DNA of 64,000 nucleotides from a virus. Taxonomy: Duplodnaviria > Caudoviricetes. This document shows positions 49,427-58,761 of the stretch, piece by piece. A model generated the notes under the pieces. The model worked only from the letters and a program-made list of their open reading frames with translations, was not told the DNA's origin and searched no databases. Within the stretch, counting starts at the first letter, position 1; every line of letters starts with the position of its first letter. The stretch covers positions 1 to 64,000 of IMG/VR virus record IMGVR_UViG_3300028888_000116. One strand, written 5' to 3'. The translations under genes were made by a program, and so were the position numbers.

Positions 49427-51220
49427 ATGGAAATAATGTCAGACGATGCAATTGGAGCTCTTGCAACTGAATGGTCTCATAATCATTTAGGCGAGGATTT
49501 TCAATTTAGAGAATATCAACTTAATACAATCATTCAGATTATAAAATATAAACTTACTGGAGTAAAAACTCAGGTAATGGAAGCTCCTTGTGGAAGTGGA
49601 AAATCTACAATTGCTTTTATTGTTTGTGGAGTTTTATGGGAATATTTTGGATTAAAGAGTTATATTCTCGTTTCTGATTTATCATTATTTGAACAATATG
49701 AGCAAGACCTTAAAAGATTCCATCTTGATGATTGGGGAAGATTAAAGGGAAAAGATAACTATCTTTGTGGAAGAAATGGCCAAGTTTTCAATAATGGAGA
49801 GTGCCAAATAAAAGGAATTGGACTTCCAACTTTAGCTGACCCCGAAGCTTCAAAAGTTAAAGGATTCTCTTGCGGCCCATCTTGTAAGTATGTAAGAGAA
49901 AGAAAAAGAGCTGAGAATGCTCCTGTTACAATTATGACATATCAATTCTGGCTCATTGCTATGAATTACGTTAAAGATATTTGTTTTGAAAATTGTGAAG
50001 AAATGGCTCCATTTCAAACAAGAGACTTTATTATCTGTGATGAAGCTCATAAGATTCCCGATATAGTTCAGCGACACTTTTCACCTAGAATTGACTCTGA
50101 TGATTTAGGTTTTATATTTTCATTAAGAGAAATCGCTGAAAAAATAGATTATCACGAAGACCTTCCTAAAGTTGAAACTCTTAAACAAGTAATGAAAGCT
50201 TTTACATTGGTTGAAAAGCCAAAAGATATAATGATTTGTATAAAAAGATATGAGGCTCTTCTTCAAAAATATAATGTATTTCAATATTGGCTTAGAGATG
50301 TCGTTCAGAAAAAAGGAAATATTGAGCATTTTCTGAAATATCTTAATGCAGGAAATACTTGTAGAGAATGTCATTGTAAGTTTGAAGATTATATAAATCT
50401 TGTTGAAGAACTAGGACTTGATACAATTGTTTTATCTTCTTCTGTAGATAAGAGTGGAAATTATCATATAACTCTTAATTGTGCTTATGAGCATAAAATG
50501 GTAAAGAAATATCTTCACGATAAAGCACCTCAAGAATTATTAATGAGCGCAACAATTGGAGATTGTGTAATTTATAAAAATATGATTGGTGAAGAAGAGT
50601 TAGATGATATGGATTTTAAAGCATTTGAGGTTCCGAGCACTTTTGACTTCTCAAAATCTCCAATTTATTTTTATCCAAAATTTAGACTCTCTTATACCGA
50701 GAAAGCAAAAAATCTTCCGTTAGTAATAAATGAAATTATAAATATTCTTAATAAGCATACAAATGAAAAGGGAATTATTCAAACAGGAAGTTATGAATTT
50801 TCTAAAGCATTATATGATAGTTTGAATCCAACTCTTCGTTCTAGAGTTTTATTCTATAAAGATTCTAAAGAAAAGAATGAAGTTATAATGAAATATAAAA
50901 ATTCTATAAATAAAATTCTGATTGGCCCTTCACTTATTGAAGGTATTAATTTCCCCGACGATGAATGTAGATTTTTAATTATGATGAAAGTACCTTATGC
51001 TTCTCTTGGAGATAAATTGGTACAGAGAAAAATGAATATTATACCAGGCTATTATCATAATGATGTTTGCCAAAAGATAACTCAGGGAATTGGAAGAATC
51101 CAAAGAAGTAAAAACGATTGGGGTGTCACTTATATTATGGACGGATGCTTCAATGATATTTTGAGAAATAATAATAACGATTTATCAGAACAAATTTTAA
51201 ATCGTATCATAAAATTATAA
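49427..51220 (+). CDS. DinG/YoaA/Rad3-family helicase
   Basis: FREYQ, EAPCGSGKS, LKGKDNYLC (Fe-S Cys cluster), ICDEAH, MSAT, EGINFPDDECRF, QGIGRIQRSKND. Confidence 0.93.
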   Translation: MEIMSDDAIGALATEWSHNHLGEDFQFREYQLNTIIQIIKYKLTGVKTQVMEAPCGSGKSTIAFIVCGVLWEYFGLKSYILVSDLSLFEQYEQDLKRFHLDDWGRLKGKDNYLCGRNGQVFNNGECQIKGIGLPTLADPEASKVKGFSCGPSCKYVRERKRAENAPVTIMTYQFWLIAMNYVKDICFENCEEMAPFQTRDFIICDEAHKIPDIVQRHFSPRIDSDDLGFIFSLREIAEKIDYHEDLPKVETLKQVMKAFTLVEKPKDIMICIKRYEALLQKYNVFQYWLRDVVQKKGNIEHFLKYLNAGNTCRECHCKFEDYINLVEELGLDTIVLSSSVDKSGNYHITLNCAYEHKMVKKYLHDKAPQELLMSATIGDCVIYKNMIGEEELDDMDFKAFEVPSTFDFSKSPIYFYPKFRLSYTEKAKNLPLVINEIINILNKHTNEKGIIQTGSYEFSKALYDSLNPTLRSRVLFYKDSKEKNEVIMKYKNSINKILIGPSLIEGINFPDDECRFLIMMKVPYASLGDKLVQRKMNIIPGYYHNDVCQKITQGIGRIQRSKNDWGVTYIMDGCFNDILRNNNNDLSEQILNRIIKL

Positions 51221-51248
51221 AACGACTAATTATATAGAGGTAATTATA

Positions 51249-51923
51249 ATGAAGAAATCCATAATTTTAATGCCACATTTTGATGATGAAATCTTTAATG
51301 CGGCTTCTTTTCTAATTAAATATTCTGGCCCAATAAGTATTTATTTTTCTCACCAGGGTGATTGTATTTCATACGAGAATTATTTAAAAGATATTGAAGA
51401 TATGGAAAGAGTTATAAATAAACTCAATGATTATAGAAAAGAAAAGAATAAGACAGAAGTTAAAGTAGAAATGTATTCTGACTTCCACGATGTTTCAAGA
51501 TTAAATATGACTGAAGAATGGCACGCCCAATTATGTAGAGCCATTGAAAATGATATAAAAGAAAATGAAATTGAGTATTTTATTATTCCATCACCTTCTA
51601 ATCATCAAGCTCATAAAGCTTGCTATAATATTGGAAAATCTTTATTAAGAGCTCCATATATAAATAATATTCAGAATATTTTAATCGGAACTTATTATGT
51701 AGATAAAATCACTCCAAACGATTTGAATGAAAGTTTAAGTTTCCATATTCCAATGGAAAAAGAAGAAGTTGAATTGGCTAAGGATATTATCTCACTATAT
51801 ACAAAGAATCACGCAATTAATCCCGAAAACTTGGAAGTGATTTTTAGATATGAAGGTTATACTTGTGCTGAAGAATATGCTCAGAGTTTCTATCCATATT
51901 ACATTAAGCATAAGTTAATCTAA
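51249..51923 (+). CDS. PIG-L/LmbE-family deacetylase-like protein
   Basis: ILMPHFDDEIF, SNHQAH. Confidence 0.75.
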   Translation: MKKSIILMPHFDDEIFNAASFLIKYSGPISIYFSHQGDCISYENYLKDIEDMERVINKLNDYRKEKNKTEVKVEMYSDFHDVSRLNMTEEWHAQLCRAIENDIKENEIEYFIIPSPSNHQAHKACYNIGKSLLRAPYINNIQNILIGTYYVDKITPNDLNESLSFHIPMEKEEVELAKDIISLYTKNHAINPENLEVIFRYEGYTCAEEYAQSFYPYYIKHKLI

Positions 51924-52043
51924 ATAAAAAGGACTTTAAATAGGAAATCAAAAATAAATATGGAGTAAATCCAAAAAAGACGAAAAGTCAATGTGATTCC
52001 TAAAATAAAGTCCATTAAATTAGTTGATTTACGGAGGTAATTT

Positions 52044-52424
52044 TTGAAAATATATATTTCTGGCAGAATATCGGGAAATGAACATTACGAAGAAGATTTT
52101 AATTGGGTAGAGAGCCAATTGAAGTCTCTTATTGATATTGAGCCAGTCAACCCCATTGCATCCGATAAAATTGTAAAAGATATAAATGATTGGGCTGAAT
52201 TTATGAAAAAAGATATAGATTTTCTTAAAGAATGTGATGCAATACTTTTGATTAAAGGTTCATATCCACTTCATAAATCTTCAAATTGGAAAAATTCTTA
52301 TGGAGCAAAAATCGAAAGATTAATAGCCAAAAAATATAAAATGAAGATTTTTTATGGCTGGAGACATTTCCATAAATGGTATTTAAAAGAACATAAATAT
52401 GATATAAACTCGGAGGCAAAATAA
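52044..52424 (+). CDS. DUF4406 / nucleoside 2-deoxyribosyltransferase-like protein
   Basis: MKIYISGRISG...NP...WAEFMKKDIDFLKECDAILL...W..S.GAKIE. Confidence 0.8.
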   Translation: MKIYISGRISGNEHYEEDFNWVESQLKSLIDIEPVNPIASDKIVKDINDWAEFMKKDIDFLKECDAILLIKGSYPLHKSSNWKNSYGAKIERLIAKKYKMKIFYGWRHFHKWYLKEHKYDINSEAK

Positions 52425-52427
52425 TAA

Positions 52428-53765
52428 ATGATTTTAAACAAGGACACAATTGATAAGATAAATCCAAGTGGAGATAAGCCAATCAGATGGATTAGCTACC
52501 AAAGTCTTTGCGGAGGTATGACACTCGGAGCAGAAGCCGCTTTTGGATGTCCACCTCTTTGTACAATTGATTTTGATGGAATTGACCAGGCAAACTCTTC
52601 AGCATATATGAATTATATGAATAATGTTAGAAAACTTGGATTAAGAGAGTTGATTCTTGATGGTAATCTTTTATCAATGGCTCAGACATTTAAAACTGAA
52701 GAAGATAAAAAGTTTTTTGATTCAATAAATCACGATATTGATGTAGTTTCAGCTGTACCTATCTGTTCGGGATTATCAATGGCAAATGCAAATAATTCGG
52801 GAAAGGCAGGAACTGCAGCAAGAGGCTCTGATGCAATTCAGAATAATAATATGATTGGTATTTTGAAATTCACTCTTGAAATCATTAAACCAAAAGCATA
52901 TATTTTTGAAAATGCCCCAAATTTCTTTTCAAACTCAGGAAAGGGAATTAGAGATAAGCTTACTGAAATTGGAAAAGAAAATGGATATTCAGTAACTTAT
53001 GTAAAAACAAATTCAAAGAAACATTCAAACCCTCAAGCTCGTTCACGAACATTTGGTATTTTTTGGAAAGGTGATAAATGCCCAAAACTTCATTACGTTA
53101 ACGACCTTTCAACTTCAATTAATGATTATTTGGGAGAAATTGCTGAAGGCTCTCCATATATGACAGATGAGTATCAGCTCTTTAAAGATTTTGATAATGA
53201 TGGATTCATTAAATATATGAAGGCAACTTATAAAGATGATTGGTTGAAAACTCTTGAAGATGATAATTCAGTTTCAATTATGACTTTTCTTGAAAAGAAA
53301 GGTTTTCCCGACGATGTAAGACCATTCTTGAATAAATCGGAACTTCATTGTTATGACCACGCTAAGATGAAAAAAGAAAAGGGTATGAACTATATGGATG
53401 GCTCACCTCTTTATTATGGAAATAATAAAATCTGTACAATCTTTGGTAGAACAATTGGAAGATTAATTCACCCAAGCGGAACAAGGGGATATACTCTTCG
53501 GGAAGCTTTAAAATTTATGGGAATGCCAGATGATTATGAATTCCCTGGTGATAATGCTATGAATTATACTGACTGGGTTGGACAAAATGTTCCAGCGGTT
53601 ACAGCTTATGATTGGCATAAACAGATTAGAGAATTCATTGAAGGCAAACTTGAAATGACTGATGAAAGTTTGGTAATGTTCAATAATGAATCAGATATAA
53701 AAGTCAAAGAAACGAAAGAAAAAGAAAAATTTAAATCTGGTTTTGAGATTTTCAAAAATAAATAA
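52428..53765 (+). CDS. divergent C5 DNA cytosine methyltransferase
   Basis: motif I SLCGGMTLG, IV VPICSGLS, VI IFENAP, VIII PQARSRTF, IX RGYTLREALKFMGMPDDYEF, X VGQNVP. Confidence 0.85.
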   Translation: MILNKDTIDKINPSGDKPIRWISYQSLCGGMTLGAEAAFGCPPLCTIDFDGIDQANSSAYMNYMNNVRKLGLRELILDGNLLSMAQTFKTEEDKKFFDSINHDIDVVSAVPICSGLSMANANNSGKAGTAARGSDAIQNNNMIGILKFTLEIIKPKAYIFENAPNFFSNSGKGIRDKLTEIGKENGYSVTYVKTNSKKHSNPQARSRTFGIFWKGDKCPKLHYVNDLSTSINDYLGEIAEGSPYMTDEYQLFKDFDNDGFIKYMKATYKDDWLKTLEDDNSVSIMTFLEKKGFPDDVRPFLNKSELHCYDHAKMKKEKGMNYMDGSPLYYGNNKICTIFGRTIGRLIHPSGTRGYTLREALKFMGMPDDYEFPGDNAMNYTDWVGQNVPAVTAYDWHKQIREFIEGKLEMTDESLVMFNNESDIKVKETKEKEKFKSGFEIFKNK

Positions 53766-53772
53766 AACATAT

Positions 53773-53801
53773 AATGGTGGCTGAAAAGTCACCATTTTTT
53801 T
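53773..53801 (+). terminator. rho-independent terminator
   Basis: AATGGTGGCT-gaaa-AGTCACCATT plus T run. Confidence 0.85.
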
Positions 53802-53849
53802 ACTTTTTAAATTTAATTTATTATATAATAAATATAAGGAGATTATATT

Positions 53850-56453
53850 ATGGTTTTTGAAATTGGAAAATCTTACAAAATTTGTGATTCACACATAGAT
53901 TATTATGATGATGCTGAAATTATCAATATTGATGATAACTTTATCAAGTTTAATTATAAATCTGATGGTATCAAAAGAATAAAAATTTTGAATAAAAATG
54001 AAATTAAATCCGCCGAAATTTTAAGGAATGGGAATAGTCATACCATTTGGTATTGGGGATTATTTGAAGGCGAATTTTTCAATACACCACGATATGGAAT
54101 TAAAAAGGCTAACCTTTCAGATGATGAAATTATGATGAATATGTCAGACGGAGTTACTATTTTCTCCAAAAAAGAAGATGCCAAAAAATACCTTTTCAAT
54201 ATGATTCTTTTGAAAAAAGTTGAATCAGATTATTATGTTTTTGAAGATGATGATTGTGCATTATATGAATCCTGTGGAAAATGGGAAGGTGCCCTTTCAA
54301 AAGAATTTAATGAGTTTCTGAAAACAAGAACTAATTAAAATAAAGGTCACCAGCCTTTATAGGAGTTAAAATGGAAAAACCAATATCGCCAGAAATTTTT
54401 GAAAAAGTAAAAGATTTTTTAAAAGATAATCCACTCGTAGAAAACGTAAAAATAAGAGATAAAGAGCCTTCAATGATAGAAGTTTGGCTCGTAAAAAATG
54501 AAGATACAGTATCGGGCTATGGTGGAGATACTGGATATAAATTAAGAAAAGAGCTTGATGAGTTTCTTCATAAAGAATTTGATAAAGAAGTCGGAGCATT
54601 TGATTGTCTTTATAATTGGGATGCATATTTAAGTGCTGAAAAGAAATATAAAGAAGAGCATCCCGAACCAAAAGACCCAAGATATGAGTCAGGCTGGAAA
54701 AAACGTTCTTATTATGATAGAACAAAAGGAAAAGGCTCAAAAGAAGTAGAAGCTTATAAAAATGAAAAAATAAAGTGGTTAGCTGATTTTAATAAGGCAA
54801 TGCCACCAAGAGCATTTCCTGGCTTTGCATTTAGAGTAGAGCCAGCAGGAACCGCAGCTAAAATTTTCGCTTTCTATAAAGATACAAAATATTTTGGAGA
54901 TTAATATTGAGAGTATTAGTTAAGTTTAGAAACGGAGTTTCTGATGTTATTACTATTGAAAAAGTAAAAATCTTCTCAAAAAATCCCTGTATTAAATGCC
55001 GGTCTGATGGTGGCTGTTATGGTCATAATTGTTTTGATTCAGAAGAATGGGGTGAATTCATAGATTTAGGAAATGGAAACTCCATAAAAACTGACGATAT
55101 TTCTGATATAAAAATTCTAAGTTTCTAACTTTTTGCTTTCTTTTTATTATATAATAAATATAAGGAGATTTTAATATGGATATTAAGAAAGCAAAATCAG
55201 TTCAGATGGTTACACCAAAATATGGATTTGCAATTTATGATAAAGACTGGAAAGATAATCCTACAGAGCCAGTCGTTCACTTTTTAATCAAAAATATAAG
55301 AAAAGATGGAACTGTCTGGTACCAGCAGACACCTGGTTGGTATGTTTCTACTCTTCTTGAAAAAACACCTCATTGTAAAGACCTTCACGACGAAAATGAA
55401 ATTGGACTCTATATCGACTATGGACAGAATTGGTTTATTCCAGCTGGCCCATATTCAATAATGTGGGATTATCTTGAAGAATATTCAGATAATAATGGAG
55501 CAGAATCAATCTGTTATCACGATTCAAATGTTTTAAACGGAGAAATTTGGTAATGATTTTCTATATTGAGTCAGCAGAGAATACATATCAAGTTTTCAGC
55601 GGAGATTTTTCTTGTGGAACTGATGAAGTTGGCTATCAAAATGGTTTCTTCAATTTGAATGTATTTCGTGGTTCTTCAAAAAATGATACTTTCTATGTAA
55701 AAGGCCACGCATTTGATACTCTGAAGTTTGCGAGAAATGATATTATTTATTTAAAAGAAGCTGGGAAAATTGCAGACCGGCGCATTTATGAAATGATACC
55801 TTTTTGGTATACAAAGTATACGAAGTATGGTGATGAAGAAGAAAGAGAAAAGTTTATAAGGGAGAATTTTAATCTGCCTTTACAATATATTGATTCAATA
55901 GAAGAATCTGAAGCAATAATTAAATCCGTTGTTGAGGTGGTAGGACTTTGGGAAAAAAGGAGTTATTATGGAACTTAGTAAAGAAGAAATCAAACTTTTA
56001 AGTGAAGAAATCGCTAAGAAACTCAATGAGAATATTCAGTTTCAGCCAGCAGATTCTCAGCCTTTGAATACGAAAGAATCATTCCAAAGATTTTTTGATA
56101 AAAGAGAAAAATATCTTTTGAATTTGCCGATTGCTGAAATTGCCTATATGTTCTATCTACAGGGAATTTCTGATGGGCCAAAAATCAAGAACGATATTTC
56201 TATGGAAGAACTAATTTCAGAAATTGAAGCTGATACATTTATTGAATCAGTAAAAGGCTGGATTAGTATGAAAGACAATGGAACAAACCCACTTCCAAAT
56301 AACCCTATCGTAGAGGTTGTAAAAAAGATTATTCCTTGTACAAATTGTCAGAGTTTGTATGATGGATATTGTGATGGCGATGAATGTCTTGAACAGGAAA
56401 AAGTTGAAGAAATTAATCTTGAAAAGCAGATAAAGGAGAACGCTGAATGTTAA
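53850..56453 (+). CDS. six hypothetical ORFs (53850-54338, 54371-54904, 54907-55128, 55176-55553, 55547-55978, 55968-56453)
   Basis: class E promoters at about 53802 and 55128, SD sites, coupled overlaps; no recognisable domains. Confidence 0.6.
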
Positions 56454-56896
56454 CTATTTTAATCGTTACGGGGATTGGAGTTATTATAAATATTACTTGC
56501 TACTTAATTAGCAAAAAGACAAGCGATATAAATTTATTGGTCGCAGTTTGTTGTTTGATTTTATTCTTATGTGCAGCGTTTGGTTCAGTAACTTCTACTG
56601 AACATTTAAAAGCAACAATTGAAGTTGATTCAAAACCTAAATCAATAAAAATTGCTGATATTCGTATTGAGTGTTCTAATTGTGGGAATAAATTATGGGC
56701 TTCAGAAAATAAATATTGTAGTGAATGTGGAAATGAAATTTTAAATAATAATAATTTCACTGCTATCATATATTATTGTCCTTTCTGTAAAGAAATCACT
56801 ACTACCTCAAAAAATTATTGTGAAAATTGTGGACATAATATGATGGAAATTAATTCCCAATTAAAACGAAAAGATGTTAATATTAAAAAGAGGTAA
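56447..56896 (+). CDS. membrane protein with double zinc ribbon
   Basis: two TM helices then CSNCG...YCSECG and YCPFC...YCENCG. Confidence 0.8.
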   Translation: MLTILIVTGIGVIINITCYLISKKTSDINLLVAVCCLILFLCAAFGSVTSTEHLKATIEVDSKPKSIKIADIRIECSNCGNKLWASENKYCSECGNEILNNNNFTAIIYYCPFCKEITTTSKNYCENCGHNMMEINSQLKRKDVNIKKR

Positions 56897-56901
56897 TAAA
56901 A

Positions 56902-57604
56902 ATGAAAGTTATTTGTAAAGGAGATTTCCCAGTTTACCTTGTAAATCAGATTCAGCATATTTTTAAGACTGAATATATTTCAACTCCAGTTGGATTCAGA
57001 TTTACTTTTGATAATAAGCCATTGGAGTTTTTGTTTGATAAAGATTTTTCTGATAATTCTCTTGTTCCAACTCTTGAAGATGTTTATATTGGAGATGGTC
57101 AGAATCTTCTTGAAAATAAATATGCAAATTCCGCGAAATTTTCCATTTCAGCTAATGGCGCCAATAATTATTATGATATGAGTTGGTCAATACATAATGC
57201 AGGTGATTGGTTTAGAATTATTGTTTTAATTTATGCTCGTCTTTATGGTGATTCTGATTATGAATTCGTAAGAAAATTATATGACCTTTGTGAGCAAACC
57301 TTGAGAATGAACTCAAGATTCTTTGTAAAATTTGATGAAGAAAAATATAAGTCTTTTAATTCAGCTTATTTATTCTTCCAAAATTACTTAGATAGTTTTA
57401 TTGAATATTAAGGGGAAAATTGTGGGATTCTATTATATTATAAATAATGATTCAGATAATGAACAGAAAGTTTTTAAGAATTGGAATGAAATGGCTGAAT
57501 ATTTTGAAATAAAAGATTATGGGCCATTGGGAGATGCCTTAGAAAAAGGGACACCAATTCAAAAAAACGGAAAGAATTGGTATATTGATATTTTTATTCA
57601 CTAA
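56902..57604 (+). CDS. two hypothetical ORFs (56902-57411 and 57401-57604)
   Basis: AGAGG SD and overlap. Confidence 0.55.
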
Positions 57605-57610
57605 AAATAA

Positions 57611-57631
57611 AGGTCGGGATTTTCCCGACCT
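57611..57631. terminator. bidirectional terminator (AGGTCGGG/CCCGACCT family)
   Basis: AGGTCGGGA-ttt-TCCCGACCT between convergent genes. Confidence 0.8.
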
Positions 57632-57639
57632 CCTTTATT

Positions 57640-58662
57640 TTAAAGATATTTTAATAAAATATCTGGTCGCTTGGTATAAGCTTTTATAAAATCGGAAATT
57701 GAGAATCCATATTTTTCAAGTAATTTTGGCAGCTTCTTTCTCAATGTATTCGTAAATCTTAATCCATACTTATTGTGGAATTCCCAATCTTCAATACCTA
57801 AATCTTTTGGCTCTCCGTAAATCTTTTTGGCACATTCTTCTGCTTTCAAGTCGGGATATTCAATTAATCCTTTAACACATTTCTTTACATCTTCATCAAA
57901 CTTTTCATCTGATGTAATTCGCTTCCAAGCATCAATGAATTCTGATAATTCAGAATCACCAATTACTTCATTTTCAAGGTTATATTGTGAGCCATTTGAC
58001 TGAGCTTGAGAATCAAGAATATAATCTGAGTATTTTCCATTATCAGCATCACCCCTTGAGTGATTTCCATTTAATTCATTATCAAGAGAAGTTGATTTAA
58101 TTTTAATATTCTTCTCATTTTTTCCTTTAATATTTCCAGCTTCATCTGTGTCCCAAGTAGAAACTCCGTGAGAATCTTTTTCAGCCTTAATAGATGTAGC
58201 CATATTTTTAAGATATTGAAGATAATAATATTTAAACTTATTTACTTTATCGCCTTCTTCAAAAATATCAGATTTAAATGTAGATAATGGAGATTTAAGA
58301 GTAATTTCACCCATTCTATTTAAATATCCATTTTTAAGAAGTGCATAAGCTTCAGCAATAAAATCTTCATATTCACCACTTTTTACGGCTTGGTTGAAAT
58401 AATATGAATCTGGTCCAGTATATGTTTTGAATGCTTTAAAAATAGCTGGGCCTGATTTCAAGAAAAGATAGTTGATTGCAGAAGGTTCACCTTTCTTTGC
58501 AGCTTTGAAAAGAAGACTTTCTGGCTCATCTGCCCATTCTTCTTCAGCTTCAGCCTTTTCTGATGGAGAAAGATAATTAGCTACTTCAAAACCATTAAAT
58601 TTCATTTCGCCAAAATCTTCTCTCATTGGTATTTTACCGAATATTGCTTCTATTAATTTCAT
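57640..58662 (-). CDS. sigma70-family RNA polymerase sigma factor-like protein
   Basis: LLFKAAKKGEPSAINYLF (region 1.2/2.1-like), YEDFIAEAYALL (2.2), FKYYYLQYLKN (2.4), STSLDNEL (3), LKAEECAKKIYG (region 4 HTH-like). Confidence 0.62.
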   Translation of the reverse strand: MKLIEAIFGKIPMREDFGEMKFNGFEVANYLSPSEKAEAEEEWADEPESLLFKAAKKGEPSAINYLFLKSGPAIFKAFKTYTGPDSYYFNQAVKSGEYEDFIAEAYALLKNGYLNRMGEITLKSPLSTFKSDIFEEGDKVNKFKYYYLQYLKNMATSIKAEKDSHGVSTWDTDEAGNIKGKNEKNIKIKSTSLDNELNGNHSRGDADNGKYSDYILDSQAQSNGSQYNLENEVIGDSELSEFIDAWKRITSDEKFDEDVKKCVKGLIEYPDLKAEECAKKIYGEPKDLGIEDWEFHNKYGLRFTNTLRKKLPKLLEKYGFSISDFIKAYTKRPDILLKYL

Positions 58663-58761
58663 TTGTTTTTTCCTAAAATAATATAATAAATATTTAGTTT
58701 ATCTAGTCCTGTGAGATTCTTCTAATCAACTAATTTATAGATATAATAAAAAGGGAAAATA

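Noticed and set aside
51961-51995. c-di-GMP-I riboswitch
   Set aside because: Superficial GYAAA/GACG resemblance only; the P2/P3 architecture and conserved 3' elements are missing, so it is kept only as an unclassified structure.
517-57181. Many 60-140 aa antisense or alternate-frame ORFs nested in long genes (e.g. 2471-2902, 23081-23389, 35467-35868, 54366-54740)
   Set aside because: Phe/Ser/Leu-rich shadows of Lys/Glu-rich sense genes with no SD or motif; only the 12533/12861 pair has independent support.
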